From: Ignavibacterium sp.
GTDB taxonomy: Bacteria; Bacteroidota; Ignavibacteria; Ignavibacteriales; Ignavibacteriaceae
NCBI GenBank assembly: GCA_037478755.1
Contig: JBBFMB010000001.1
Coordinates: forward strand, 2,178 to 66,177
Direction of reading: 5' to 3'
DNA length: 64,000 nt
The translations under genes and the position numbers were made by a program. Under the pieces are notes generated by a model. It was not told the DNA's origin. It made no database searches and saw nothing but the letters and a program-made list of their open reading frames with translations. Shown one piece after another: positions 50,092 through 60,940 of the stretch; within the stretch, counting starts at the first letter, position 1; the number at the start of each line of letters is the position of its first letter.

Positions 50092-50658
50092 GTGCAATCA
50101 ATAAAAATTCTGAAAAATCAATTTATTACTGATTCCGAATCATTCTTAAATGAGGTGAAGAAACTAAATGATCTAACCGAAGATCAAATTAATTGGAAAC
50201 CCTCAGCTGATGTTTGGAGCATTGCAGAGTGTCTTGAACATCTTTTAATTACTAATAGTATTTACTTTGATGAAATCGAAAAACAATTTTCTTCAGAACA
50301 AATTATTTGTAATGCTGATGAAACACAAGTTAAACATAAATTTTTTGGCAAGCTAATCATAAAAGCTGTTGATCCATCTAATAATAAAAAAACTAAAACA
50401 TTTCCGGTATTTCAACCCTCAAAAAGTTTTATTGAAAAAGATGTAATTAACAGACTAATTGAACTTCAGAAAGGATTTATTAATCTGATTAGTTCTTCAA
50501 TTAATCTTAATACGAACAAATATATTTTGTCTTCACCAGCATCAAAGCTAATCAGAGAAAATTTTTCAGATGTTCTGGAGATTATCAGACTTCATAATAA
50601 AAGGCATTTGATGCAAATAGAAAGTTTATTGCTTCATAAAAATTTTCCAGAAAAATAA
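50092..50658 (+). CDS. DinB-family protein
   Basis: NWKP..WSIAECLEHL; HNKRHLMQ. Confidence 0.88.
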   Translation: MQSIKILKNQFITDSESFLNEVKKLNDLTEDQINWKPSADVWSIAECLEHLLITNSIYFDEIEKQFSSEQIICNADETQVKHKFFGKLIIKAVDPSNNKKTKTFPVFQPSKSFIEKDVINRLIELQKGFINLISSSINLNTNKYILSSPASKLIRENFSDVLEIIRLHNKRHLMQIESLLLHKNFPEK

Positions 50659-51191
50659 TGAGCAAACTATCAAGAGGTTTTATTCATATTTACACAGGTA
50701 ATGGAAAAGGCAAAACTACTGCTGCTATTGGTCAGGCAGTTCGTGCTGCCGGTGCAGGATTAAAGACTTATATTGCTCAGTTTATGAAAGAATATCCTTA
50801 CTCAGAATTGGAAAGTTTAAAGCGATTAAATGATTTTATTACTGTTGAACAATTCTGCGGTGATGATTTTGTATATAAGCGACAATTGCCAGATGAAGTA
50901 GAATTAAAGAAAGCATCAGAAGGATTAGAAATTGCAAAACAAAAAATGCTCAGTAGAGATTATGATTTAATCATTCTTGACGAAGCTATTGTTGCAGTCT
51001 ACTTCAAATTACTGACAGTTAATCAATTAATTGACTTAATTAACAATAAACCAGATGATGTTGAACTGATTCTCACAGGCAGATACTGTCCTGATGAACT
51101 AATTTCCCGAGCTGATTTAGTAACTGAAATGAGAGAAGTAAAACATTATTATAGTTTGGGAATTACATCAAGAAAAGGAATTGAATCATAA
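50658..51191 (+). CDS. cobO: Cob(I)alamin adenosyltransferase, CobO/BtuR type
   Basis: YTGNGKGKTTAA, QFMK, ILDE, LTGR, ADLVTEM..KH. Confidence 0.93.
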   Translation: MSKLSRGFIHIYTGNGKGKTTAAIGQAVRAAGAGLKTYIAQFMKEYPYSELESLKRLNDFITVEQFCGDDFVYKRQLPDEVELKKASEGLEIAKQKMLSRDYDLIILDEAIVAVYFKLLTVNQLIDLINNKPDDVELILTGRYCPDELISRADLVTEMREVKHYYSLGITSRKGIES

Positions 51192-51282
51192 TTATTTGCC
51201 GAATACAAAAGAAGATTTTGAACTTTTTTATCTGATTAATGATTTATTAAATGCATATTTGTTATAACAATTATAAAACTTT

Positions 51283-51921
51283 ATGAGTAAAATTAAACAG
51301 TCATACTTTTTAGATTTTTATAACAATCTAACAGAAGGTAACAAAGATAAGTGTGCTGAGATAGTAAAAAATCTTCTTGACGAAGGAATAGATCTCAAAG
51401 AGATTTATGTTGAACTTTATCAGAAAGCTCTTTACAGGATTGGTAAACTTTGGGATCATAATGAAATTACAATTCCCGAAGAGCACATGGCAACCCAGAT
51501 TATTGAAACTTTATTAAGTAAATTTATTCCTGAAACCAGGACTGTTAATAATAAGAAAGTTGTAGTTACTTGTATAGATAAAGAGTTTCATGAAATCGGC
51601 GCAAAGATGGTCTCTCATATCTTTGAACTGAATGGCTGGAAAACTTATTATCTTGGAGCTTCTGTTCCTTTGCGTGAATTGACTAAATTTATTAACAGTG
51701 CAAATCCGGAAGTCATTGCTCTCTCTTGGAGCTTATATCTTAATCTCGGTCGCTTTCTTGAGGTTGTTGATACACTTACGAAACTTTATCCCACAAAAAA
51801 AATCTTAGTTGGCGGACAAGCATTGGAAGAAAATTCTGATCAATTGCTTAAAAAATATCCTAATGTTATTCATATCAAATCAATTTATGAACTAGACGAC
51901 TATCTTAAAAAGAATTCTTAA
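51283..51921 (+). CDS. Stand-alone cobalamin-binding protein (CarH/AerR-type, no DNA-binding domain)
   Basis: IGKLW-x9-EH cap motif; EFHEIG, YLG and VGG Rossmann B12 motifs. Confidence 0.88.
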   Translation: MSKIKQSYFLDFYNNLTEGNKDKCAEIVKNLLDEGIDLKEIYVELYQKALYRIGKLWDHNEITIPEEHMATQIIETLLSKFIPETRTVNNKKVVVTCIDKEFHEIGAKMVSHIFELNGWKTYYLGASVPLRELTKFINSANPEVIALSWSLYLNLGRFLEVVDTLTKLYPTKKILVGGQALEENSDQLLKKYPNVIHIKSIYELDDYLKKNS

Positions 51922-51969
51922 TTGAAGAGCAAAGTTTTTTCTTTGCCTTTTAATTTGCTTTATTATATT

Positions 51970-51985
51970 TTTAAGTGAGCTTAAA
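51970..51985. promoter_or_regulatory. Putative DtxR/MntR operator
   Basis: Palindrome TTTAAG-tgag-CTTAAA 21 nt upstream of the DtxR-family start. Confidence 0.6.
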
Positions 51986-52006
51986 TAATAAATCAAATAA
52001 ACTTAA

Positions 52007-52666
52007 ATGAAAAATATATCCAAAGAAGACTATCTTAGTGCAATTTATAAGTTGCGCGATGATGCTGGCGAAATTAAACCTAATCTTATTGCTGAAAATC
52101 TTGAAATTTCTCCTGCTGCTGTTACAGATATGCTTAAAAAGTTATCGGCAGATGGTTTAGTTCAATACAGAAAATACAAGGGAATAAAGCTCACAGCGAA
52201 AGGAGAACGATACGCAGTTAATATGATTAGGAAGCATCGCTTATGGGAAACTTTTTTATACGAAGTGTTGAAAATGCCGTGGGAAAAAATTCACGATGAA
52301 GCTGAAAAGCTTGAACATTCATCATCAGATAATTTAGTTGATAAACTTGAGGAGTTTCTTAATTATCCAAAATTCGATCCTCACGGATATCCGATTCCGG
52401 ATAAAAATGGTTTGATACCAAAGCATAAGCCTGTAATTGCACTATCAGAAATGAATAAAAATGATAAAGGTGTAATTGCAAGAATCAGCGATTTTAAGAG
52501 TGAATTGCTTGTATATGCTTCCAAAAAAGGAATATCGATAGGTCAGAAAATTACCGTAAAAGACAAACTTGAATTTGATGGCTCTGTTACAATCAAAGTC
52601 GGTATGAACGAAGTGAGTCTTAGCAGGAAGATAGCTTCAAACATTTTTATAATGATGGAAGAATAA
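52007..52666 (+). CDS. DtxR/MntR-family metal-dependent regulator with a FeoA-like C-domain
   Basis: EDYLSAIY, SPAAVTDM, RKHRLWE, EKLEH, DPHGYPIP. Confidence 0.93.
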   Translation: MKNISKEDYLSAIYKLRDDAGEIKPNLIAENLEISPAAVTDMLKKLSADGLVQYRKYKGIKLTAKGERYAVNMIRKHRLWETFLYEVLKMPWEKIHDEAEKLEHSSSDNLVDKLEEFLNYPKFDPHGYPIPDKNGLIPKHKPVIALSEMNKNDKGVIARISDFKSELLVYASKKGISIGQKITVKDKLEFDGSVTIKVGMNEVSLSRKIASNIFIMMEE

Positions 52667-52668
52667 AA

Positions 52669-53712
52669 ATGAGTGAACCATTAACACTTTTGCTTATCGG
52701 GCTTGTATTTCTGTTATTTTCATTTATTCTATTGCATCCTGAAAAAGGAATAATCACAAACATCAGAAGAAATAAAAGCGCAAACCAAAAAGTGCTTCTT
52801 GAAGATGCACTTAAATTCATTTATAACTGTGAGTATAATAATATTAATTGCACACTAAACAGCATTGCAGGTAATCTGAATATTTCTGCTGACACTGCAG
52901 CTGAAATAGTTGCCAAACTTCAGAATATGGGCTTGATACAGGTTGATAAAGAATATATCACCCTCACTTCTGAAGGAAAATCTTATGCATTAAGAGTAAT
53001 TAGAGTCCATCGCTTGTGGGAAAAATTTCTTGCTGACGAAACAAGCATGACTGAAAAAGAATGGCATAAAGCTGCTGAAGAAATTGAACATAAACTTTCC
53101 AAAGAAGATGCTGATAAATTAGCAGCACAGATTGGTAATCCGGTTTTTGATCCGCATGGTGATCCAATTCCAACTGCTTCTGGTGAAATTCCTGATAAAA
53201 CAGGAAAACATTTAACAGAAATGAAACCAGGTGAAATGGCAACGATTATTCACATTGAAGATGAGCCGCACACAATTTATAGTCAGATTGTAGCAGAAGG
53301 TTTGTACCCGGGAATGCAAATCAGAATGAATGAAGTAAATGACAAGCGAATAAAATTCGAAGCAAATGGTGAAGAGTGTATTCTATCTCCACTCATTGCA
53401 AAAAGCGTTACCATTGGTCCAATTAAATTTGAAAAACCTGTGGAAGGAAAATTAAAACCACTTTCTAGTTTAAAGGTTGGTGAAAAAGGAATTGTATTAG
53501 GAATTGCTAAATCACTTCGAGGTCAGCAGAGAAGAAGACTTATGGATCTTGGAATTGTTCCCGGAACTGAAATAGAAGCAGAACTGGCAAGCATTACTGG
53601 TGATCCGGTTGCATATAGAGTTCGTGGAACTACAATTGCTCTTAGAAAAGAACAGGCGGATAAAATTTATTTAGTTAAGGAAGAGGAGGGAAATTATGAA
53701 CTTCAACACTGA
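52669..53712 (+). CDS. Membrane-anchored DtxR-like protein with two FeoA domains
   Basis: N-terminal hydrophobic helix; [25 protein letters not shown]; GLYPG and [18 protein letters not shown] FeoA motifs. Confidence 0.85.
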   Translation: MSEPLTLLLIGLVFLLFSFILLHPEKGIITNIRRNKSANQKVLLEDALKFIYNCEYNNINCTLNSIAGNLNISADTAAEIVAKLQNMGLIQVDKEYITLTSEGKSYALRVIRVHRLWEKFLADETSMTEKEWHKAAEEIEHKLSKEDADKLAAQIGNPVFDPHGDPIPTASGEIPDKTGKHLTEMKPGEMATIIHIEDEPHTIYSQIVAEGLYPGMQIRMNEVNDKRIKFEANGEECILSPLIAKSVTIGPIKFEKPVEGKLKPLSSLKVGEKGIVLGIAKSLRGQQRRRLMDLGIVPGTEIEAELASITGDPVAYRVRGTTIALRKEQADKIYLVKEEEGNYELQH

Positions 53713-54499
53713 TAATTGCGCAAATTGTCCGGCTCATAATTTATCAAATCTTAAAAAGCTGGGAATTGATATGAGCAGTTACGATTATGTAGTTGCATTA
53801 GCTGGCAATCCTAATACTGGCAAAAGTACCGTTTTCAATTATCTGACAGGATTAAAACAACATACAGGCAACTGGCCGGGTAAAACAGTAACAAGAGCTG
53901 AAGGCGGATTTGAATATAATGGTAAAAAATTTAAGCTAGTTGATTTACCGGGAACATATTCACTGCTTTCAACAAGTGTTGATGAAGAAGTTGCAAGAGA
54001 TTTTATTCTTTTTGGACAGCCAGATGTTACTGTAATTGTAATTGATGCAACCAGAGTTGAAAGAAATCTTAATCTTGTACTCCAGATACTTGAAATTACA
54101 GACCGAGTTGTTATTTGTCTTAATCTTATGGATGAAGCCAGAAGAAATGCAATTGAGGTGGACGCAAGAACTCTTTCAAAAGAACTCGGTGTTCCTGTTG
54201 TTCCTGCTGCTGCAAGGCAGGGAGAAGGAATGAATGAACTATTAAAATATATTTACGATGTTGCTACCGGTGCATATATCTGTAAGCCCTACAGAATAAA
54301 AAGTAAATCAAAAGAAATGAATGAAGCAATTGATAAGCTCAGCAAAGCAATTCAAGCCGAGTTTCCTGATCTTCCAAATACGAGATGGGTTGCCCTGAGA
54401 TTGCTTGAAGGTGATCAAACAATTATTGATGCGATAAGAAACGGCGAACTTGGAAATCTTCAACAGCAAAAAATTCTGCAGCTGGAAGAATCAAATTAA
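53696..54499 (+). CDS. feoB: FeoB N-terminal GTPase (split FeoB, soluble part)
   Basis: [27 protein letters not shown]; N-terminal CANC. Confidence 0.9.
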   Translation: MNFNTDNCANCPAHNLSNLKKLGIDMSSYDYVVALAGNPNTGKSTVFNYLTGLKQHTGNWPGKTVTRAEGGFEYNGKKFKLVDLPGTYSLLSTSVDEEVARDFILFGQPDVTVIVIDATRVERNLNLVLQILEITDRVVICLNLMDEARRNAIEVDARTLSKELGVPVVPAAARQGEGMNELLKYIYDVATGAYICKPYRIKSKSKEMNEAIDKLSKAIQAEFPDLPNTRWVALRLLEGDQTIIDAIRNGELGNLQQQKILQLEESN

Positions 54500-54507
54500 T
54501 AGATGAG

Positions 54508-55944
54508 ATGAGTATGAATAAAAATTTAGATAGACGAGAAGCTATAATTGCAGAAGCTAATAAACTTCGCTGGGAACTTGGCGAAAATCTTCACGATATT
54601 CTGATGGAGAATATTTATGAGAATGCAACTGAAATCGCTAAAAAAGCTGTAAAGTATCCTGACAAAAAGTTAGCATTTAGTTTTGACAGACAGCTTGATA
54701 AAATTCTTACTAGTAAATATCTCGGATTTCCTATAATGTTTCTTATGCTCGGAATCGTTTTCTGGTTAACGATTCAGGGCGCAAATTATCCTTCTTCACT
54801 TTTGTCTGAGCTACTTGTTGATAAGTTTCATCCTTTGCTAAAAGATTTTGCGGTTAGTATCAACCTTCCCTGGTGGTTAACAGGTGTTCTGGTTGACGGA
54901 GCTTATCTTGCAATGGCTTGGGTTGTTAGTGTGATGCTTCCACCAATGGCAATATTTTTTCCTCTTTATACTTTGCTTGAAGATTTCGGTTATCTTCCGA
55001 GAGTTGCATTTAATATGGATCCACTCTATAAAAAAGTTGGTGCTCACGGAAGACAAGCTTTAACAATGGCGATGGGTTTTGGTTGTAACGCAGCGGGAGT
55101 TATTGCAACCAGAGTAATTGACTCCCCACGCGAAAGATTAATTGCAATTATTACAAACAATTTTTCTTTATGTAACGGCAGATGGCCGACACAAATTTTA
55201 ATTGCTACAGTTTTTATCGGAAGTGCTGTACCAGCTTATTTAGCAGGTTTAGTTTCTGCTGCAGCAGTTGTATTTATTGCAATTCTGGGAATAGCATTCA
55301 GTCTTTTGGTTTCTTGGTTTCTCTCTAGAACAATGTTGAAAGGAGAAGCTTCAGCATTCAGTCTTGAATTACCTCCTTATCGTCCGCCACGAATTCTTCA
55401 GACTCTCTACACATCTTTGATTGACAGAACAATTTTTGTTCTTTGGCGCGCAATTGTTTTTGCTGTGCCGGCAGGAATGTTAATCTGGCTGGTTGCAAAT
55501 TTGAATATAGATGGTGTTTCACTCGCAAATCATTTTATTCGGATTGTCAATCCGGTCGCTTTTATATTCGGATTAAACGGAGTAATATTTCTTGCATACA
55601 TTATTGCAATTCCTGCTAATGAAATTGTAATTCCAACTATTCTAATGCTTACGGTTGCAAATCTTGGAATTCAGGGAGTTGGTGCAGGCAGTGGTGTTTT
55701 ATTCGAATTAGAATCTGCAAATGATGTTGCAGCAATTTTACAGGCAGGCGGATGGAATTTGCTAACAGGAATTAATCTTATGCTCTTTAGTTTATTACAT
55801 AATCCTTGTTCAACAACAATCTTCACAATTTATAAAGAGACTAAAAGTTTGAAATGGACTTTGGTCTCTACATTCTTACCGATTGTGATGGGTCTTACAG
55901 TTACATTTTTCGTAACTCAAATCTGGAGACTATTAGTTAATTAA
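54508..55944 (+). CDS. feoB: FeoB membrane domain (split FeoB, gate domains)
   Basis: [29 protein letters not shown]. Confidence 0.9.
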   Translation: MSMNKNLDRREAIIAEANKLRWELGENLHDILMENIYENATEIAKKAVKYPDKKLAFSFDRQLDKILTSKYLGFPIMFLMLGIVFWLTIQGANYPSSLLSELLVDKFHPLLKDFAVSINLPWWLTGVLVDGAYLAMAWVVSVMLPPMAIFFPLYTLLEDFGYLPRVAFNMDPLYKKVGAHGRQALTMAMGFGCNAAGVIATRVIDSPRERLIAIITNNFSLCNGRWPTQILIATVFIGSAVPAYLAGLVSAAAVVFIAILGIAFSLLVSWFLSRTMLKGEASAFSLELPPYRPPRILQTLYTSLIDRTIFVLWRAIVFAVPAGMLIWLVANLNIDGVSLANHFIRIVNPVAFIFGLNGVIFLAYIIAIPANEIVIPTILMLTVANLGIQGVGAGSGVLFELESANDVAAILQAGGWNLLTGINLMLFSLLHNPCSTTIFTIYKETKSLKWTLVSTFLPIVMGLTVTFFVTQIWRLLVN

Positions 55945-55958
55945 ATTTCATCGAAGCA

Positions 55959-57071
55959 ATGGTAGATAACAAAACAAAGAAAATCTGGAAGAAGAGATTA
56001 CAGGAAGAAATTGATGCAGCATTTCTTTATCACACACTTGTCAATCTTGTAAGTGATGAAAAGAAAAAAGAATTATACGGCAAACTTGCATCAATTGAAG
56101 AAAAACATATAAATGTTTGGATTGAACATCTTAAAAAAAATTCAATTCAAATTGATACTCCAAAACCAACCTTAAAAGCCAGATTACTGAGCAAAATCAG
56201 TAAGAGGTATGGAGCTTCACTGTTAAGCAGATTAATGCTTCAAGAAGAGTCTTCGGAAGTAAAATCATATCTTAGTTTATATAAAAACTCTCAATCAAAA
56301 CAGACTAAAGATATTGCATTGAAACTTGCAAAAGATTCTGCTGCACACGCAAAATCTTTAATGCACTCAAATGGTGAACAATCGGAACCCTGGCACACAG
56401 CAGAATCTGGTGGTTTGTTACGAAACATAGTATATGGTTTTAATGATGGATTAACTGCAAACTTCGGTTTGATAGCTGGTGTTATTGGAGCATCAGCTCA
56501 GCCGCATATAATTTTGATTTCTGGTATTGCAGGAATGATTGCTGATGCATTGTCAATGGGTGCTTCCGGATATCTTGCGGCTGTTAGTGAAAAGGAAGTG
56601 TATGAGCATGAAAAGGCAATGGAAGCAGAAGAAATTAAACTTATGCCCGAACTTGAGACTGAAGAACTTGCATTGATATATGAATCCAAAGGAATTCCAA
56701 AAGATGAAGCAATGCAGAGAGCAAAAGAAATAATGCAGAATCCGCAGCAGGCATTAGAAGATAAAATGCACGAAGAACTTGGTCTTGCAGAAAGAAGTAT
56801 CAGTCCTCTTACAGAAGGTTGGGTAACCGGACTTTCAACAGCGATTGGAGCTTTAATTCCCATCTTTCCATTTTTCTTTTTTGATGGTGCGATTGCAATC
56901 TGGATATCTTTCATTATTTCTATGTTATCGCATTTTGCGGTTGGTGCTGCAAGAAGTTTCTTTACAGGTCGCGGCATTTTTAGAAGCGGATTTGATATGT
57001 TTATTGTTGGCTTCGGTGTAGCAGCAGTTGGATATGTTATCGGAGATTTAGTCCTTAAATTTTTAATGTAG
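55959..57071 (+). CDS. Rubrerythrin/ferritin-like domain fused to a VIT1/CCC1 transporter
   Basis: [12 protein letters not shown] ferritin-like N-domain; [18 protein letters not shown]1 motifs. Confidence 0.9.
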   Translation: MVDNKTKKIWKKRLQEEIDAAFLYHTLVNLVSDEKKKELYGKLASIEEKHINVWIEHLKKNSIQIDTPKPTLKARLLSKISKRYGASLLSRLMLQEESSEVKSYLSLYKNSQSKQTKDIALKLAKDSAAHAKSLMHSNGEQSEPWHTAESGGLLRNIVYGFNDGLTANFGLIAGVIGASAQPHIILISGIAGMIADALSMGASGYLAAVSEKEVYEHEKAMEAEEIKLMPELETEELALIYESKGIPKDEAMQRAKEIMQNPQQALEDKMHEELGLAERSISPLTEGWVTGLSTAIGALIPIFPFFFFDGAIAIWISFIISMLSHFAVGAARSFFTGRGIFRSGFDMFIVGFGVAAVGYVIGDLVLKFLM

Positions 57072-57078
57072 GAAATCT

Positions 57079-57867
57079 ATGAAAACTATTCGGTTACTTT
57101 CCTGGAATGTAAATGGTATTCGCGCAATTCATAAAAAAGGATTTGTTGAATGGGTGTTGAAAGAAAATCCAGACATACTGTGTTTACAGGAGACCAAAGC
57201 TCACCCTGAACAACTTCCGAAAGAATTAATTTCGATAAATGGTTATGAGGCTTATTTCTCTTCATCAAAAATTAAAAAGGGATACAGCGGAGTTGCAGTT
57301 TATTCAAAACAAAATCCCGTTGAAGTTAAATACGGTTTTGGAATTCCTAAATTTGATGATGAAGGTAGAACTCTTATTCTTGACTATAAAGATTTTATCC
57401 TGTTTAATATCTATTTCCCAAATGGTAAGATGTCGGATGAAAGACTACAATATAAATTAGATTTTTATGAAGCGTTTCTTGAATATGCAGATGCTCTTGT
57501 TCGGCAAGGACGGAAACTTATAATTTGTGGAGATGTAAACACAGCTCATAAAGAAATTGATCTTGCCCGACCGAAAGAGAATGAAAAAACATCTGGCTTT
57601 TTACCGATTGAAAGACAATGGATTGATAAATTTTTATCGCTCGGATTCATTGATACTTTCAGAATGTTTAACGATCAACCTGGAAATTATACCTGGTGGG
57701 ATATGCAAACCCGCGCTCGTGAAAGGAATGTGGGTTGGAGAATCGATTATTTCTTCGTTTCGGAAAATTTCAAATCAAATCTAATCAATGCTTTTATTTT
57801 GCCTGAAGTTATGGGCTCTGATCATTGTCCCGTTGGGATTGAAATACTTCCCGATAATTCTAAATGA
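57079..57867 (+). CDS. xth: Exodeoxyribonuclease III / AP endonuclease
   Basis: [34 protein letters not shown]. Confidence 0.95.
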   Translation: MKTIRLLSWNVNGIRAIHKKGFVEWVLKENPDILCLQETKAHPEQLPKELISINGYEAYFSSSKIKKGYSGVAVYSKQNPVEVKYGFGIPKFDDEGRTLILDYKDFILFNIYFPNGKMSDERLQYKLDFYEAFLEYADALVRQGRKLIICGDVNTAHKEIDLARPKENEKTSGFLPIERQWIDKFLSLGFIDTFRMFNDQPGNYTWWDMQTRARERNVGWRIDYFFVSENFKSNLINAFILPEVMGSDHCPVGIEILPDNSK

Positions 57868-57940
57868 ATTTTTTATTTGAAACTCTTGTTATAACTTCAC
57901 ACCAAGTTTAACAGTATCTTAATTCAAATTCATTTTTATT

Positions 57941-58768
57941 ATGATTAAAAATCTTTTATACAGCTTATTCTTGTTCCAGCTTGTTTTTTCTGGTTTTGCA
58001 CAAGTTAAAAATGAGCCAGAAGTCAAGATAATCTTTGACTCATTTTCTTTAGAGAAAAGCAGAAACATAAATGCAGCAGTTGTAGTAAAACTTAATGATG
58101 GATGGCATATCTATTGGCGAAATCCAGGTGATAGTGGAATGCCAACTTCATTTGAGTTTATTCTACCTGAAAATGTAAAAGTTTCAGAAATTAAATGGGC
58201 TGTTCCGAAGATTTTTGAATTTGAAGGATATGCAAGTTACGGTTATGAAGGGTTGGCTGTTTTTCCATTTAGCATTTACATACCAGAAAATTTTAAGCAT
58301 GATGAAATCACTTTAGAAGTAAATTTAAAGTCGCTTATTTGTAAAGATGTATGTAAACCATTCAATCAGAAAATAAGCAGAACTATTAAACTCGATGAAA
58401 TGTATATTGCAAGTAAAGAAGATTCAGATTTACTGTTTTCTGCGTACGATAATCTTCCTGCAGCAAATGATAAATTAGAATTGCAGGCAAAAAATTTTTC
58501 TGATTCTGTTGTAATAAATATCTCTTCGGACATAATTAAAATTAACAGGATCAAGGATGTTCATTTTATTCCTTATGAAAATGGAATCTTTAAAAATTCA
58601 GTAGCGCAAAATTTTACAGTATCTGATTCCGATTTAGTGTTGACAGTTGAGTTTGATCCATTCAAAACTAAAATTCCTGACACTCTTTATGGAATCTTAG
58701 TAATTAATTTAATCTCAGAAGAAGGAAACTCTAAATTAGCTTTTGAAGTTAATGAAAAAATTCAATGA
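57941..58768 (+). CDS. DsbD N-terminal domain protein
   Basis: GWHIYWRNPGDSG; CKDVC; signal peptide. Confidence 0.85.
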   Translation: MIKNLLYSLFLFQLVFSGFAQVKNEPEVKIIFDSFSLEKSRNINAAVVVKLNDGWHIYWRNPGDSGMPTSFEFILPENVKVSEIKWAVPKIFEFEGYASYGYEGLAVFPFSIYIPENFKHDEITLEVNLKSLICKDVCKPFNQKISRTIKLDEMYIASKEDSDLLFSAYDNLPAANDKLELQAKNFSDSVVINISSDIIKINRIKDVHFIPYENGIFKNSVAQNFTVSDSDLVLTVEFDPFKTKIPDTLYGILVINLISEEGNSKLAFEVNEKIQ

Positions 58769-58808
58769 TGTTTTTATTTATTCATCAAACAAATCAAAGG
58801 AGGTTCGA

Positions 58809-59408
58809 ATGAAAAACAAATTCATAACTCTGATAGTTTTGTTGTTCGGAATAACATTATTTGCACAGCAGGCAAAGCTAAATGAGTCAGCACCAAACTT
58901 TACATTAAAGGATTCTAATGGAAAAGAGCATTCATTAAGTGACTTCAAAGGAAAGATTGTTGTGTTGGAATGGATTAACTATGATTGTCCTTTTGTTAAA
59001 AAGCATTATAACTCAAAGAATATGCAGGCCCTTCAAGAGAAATACACAAGTAAAGGAGTTATCTGGCTGGCAATCTGTTCATCTGCACCAGGCAAGCAAG
59101 GAAATTTCTCTGCTGATGAAATAAATAAAAGAAGCAAAGATCATAATGCACAGTTCACTGCATATCTTGTTGACGAAAATGGTAAAGTTGGAAAAATGTA
59201 TGGTGCAAAAACAACTCCTCATATGTTTATCATAAATGCTGAAGGTAAGCTTGTTTATGCAGGCGGAATTGATGATAAAGCAACAACTGATGTGGATGAT
59301 GTCAAATCAGCAAAGAATTTTGTATCAGCTGCTTTGGATGAATTACTAAATGGCAAACAGGTTACAACTCAAAGTTCAACACCTTATGGCTGCAGCGTTA
59401 AATATTAA
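58809..59408 (+). CDS. Exported thioredoxin/redoxin-family protein
   Basis: ATG after AGGAGG; LEWINYDCPFV, YGAKTTPH, YAGGIDD, YGCSVKY. Confidence 0.88.
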   Translation: MKNKFITLIVLLFGITLFAQQAKLNESAPNFTLKDSNGKEHSLSDFKGKIVVLEWINYDCPFVKKHYNSKNMQALQEKYTSKGVIWLAICSSAPGKQGNFSADEINKRSKDHNAQFTAYLVDENGKVGKMYGAKTTPHMFIINAEGKLVYAGGIDDKATTDVDDVKSAKNFVSAALDELLNGKQVTTQSSTPYGCSVKY

Positions 59409-59440
59409 AATCAACAACTGTTGAGTAGATTATATCTTAA

Positions 59441-60784
59441 ATGATTAATGAAAAGCGAGTAAGACTACTTCAAAAAGGTAATGAAACTAATGGCCCGGTT
59501 ATCTACTGGATGAGCCGCGATCAGCGTGTTCACGATAACTGGGCTTTACTATTTGCACAAGAATTGGCAGTTGAAAAGAAAAAGAATTTAGCGGTCGTAT
59601 TTAATCTTGTTCCGACTTTCCTTGAAGCAACAATTCGGCAATATGGATTTATGATAAAGGGACTTAAGCAGGTTGAATCTGAGCTGAATAAATTTAACAT
59701 CCCTTTCTTCCTGACTAGAGGAAATCCCGAAAATGAAATTCCTTTGTTGCTGAATAAATTAAATGCTTCAATTTTAGTTTCAGATTTTGATCCTCTAAAG
59801 ATTAAAAGAATTTGGAAAAGAGATGTTGCAAAAAAAATTAATATTCCTTTCTTTGAAGTTGATGCTCATAATATAGTTCCTTGTCTTTTTGTTTCTAACA
59901 AAGTGGAGTTTGGTGCTTACACAATTCGACCTAAAATTCATAAAGCATTACCTGAATTTTTAGATGAATTCCCTGAACTCAAAAAGATGAAGTCATCTGA
60001 ACTTCAGTCAGAAAAAATTAATTGGACTGAAATTATCAATTCACTTGAAGTAAATAAAAAAGTTAAAGAGGTTGACTGGATTAAACCGGGAGAAGCGAAC
60101 GCACAAATTACATTAAAAGAATTTCTTGAAAGCAGATTAGACAGATACGCGGAAGACAGAAATGATCCGAATAAAAATGCTTTATCAAATCTTTCACCCT
60201 ATTTACACTTTGGTCAAATCTCTGCACAAAGAGTTGCCCTTACTGTCGAACAATTTTATAAAAAGAATCCCTCAGCAGAAGCATTTCTTGAAGAACTTAT
60301 TGTGCGAAGAGAATTATCAGATAACTTTTGCTATTACAATCCTAAGTATAATTCGTTTGAAGGATTTCCAGATTGGGCAAAAAAAACTTTGAACGATCAT
60401 AGAAAAGACAAAAGAGAATTTACATACACACTAGAAGAGTTTGAACAGGCAAAAACTCATGATGAATTATGGAATGCCGCACAAATGGAAATGGTCACAA
60501 CTGGTAAAATGCACGGATACATGAGAATGTATTGGGCTAAAAAAATTCTTGAATGGAGTAAGTCACCTGAAGAAGCATTGAGAATTGCAATTTACCTGAA
60601 TGATAAGTATGAACTTGATGGCAGAGATCCCAATGGCTATGTAGGTTGTGCCTGGTCAATTGGTGGAGTTCATGATCGTGCCTGGACTGAAAGACCTGTC
60701 TTTGGAAAAATCCGTTATATGAATTTCAACGGGGCTAAAAGAAAATTCGATGTCCAATCCTATATTGATAAACATCTCAAATAA
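59441..60784 (+). CDS. phrB: Class II CPD DNA photolyase
   Basis: YWMSRDQRVHDNWAL, LSPYLHFGQIS, RRELSDNF, MHGYMRMYWAKK, DGRDPNGY. Confidence 0.93.
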   Translation: MINEKRVRLLQKGNETNGPVIYWMSRDQRVHDNWALLFAQELAVEKKKNLAVVFNLVPTFLEATIRQYGFMIKGLKQVESELNKFNIPFFLTRGNPENEIPLLLNKLNASILVSDFDPLKIKRIWKRDVAKKINIPFFEVDAHNIVPCLFVSNKVEFGAYTIRPKIHKALPEFLDEFPELKKMKSSELQSEKINWTEIINSLEVNKKVKEVDWIKPGEANAQITLKEFLESRLDRYAEDRNDPNKNALSNLSPYLHFGQISAQRVALTVEQFYKKNPSAEAFLEELIVRRELSDNFCYYNPKYNSFEGFPDWAKKTLNDHRKDKREFTYTLEEFEQAKTHDELWNAAQMEMVTTGKMHGYMRMYWAKKILEWSKSPEEALRIAIYLNDKYELDGRDPNGYVGCAWSIGGVHDRAWTERPVFGKIRYMNFNGAKRKFDVQSYIDKHLK

Positions 60785-60940
60785 CCAACAAGTTATTTTT
60801 GCAAAAACATTCTCAAATTGGTGCAAATTTTCATCTCCCACACTGCATTTTAATCAATAAATTAAATATTTCTGTCGGTATAATCTTTGGGAAGATTAAA
60901 TAACCTAAATAAATAAGGATTTGATTCTTTGGGGCCTTTT

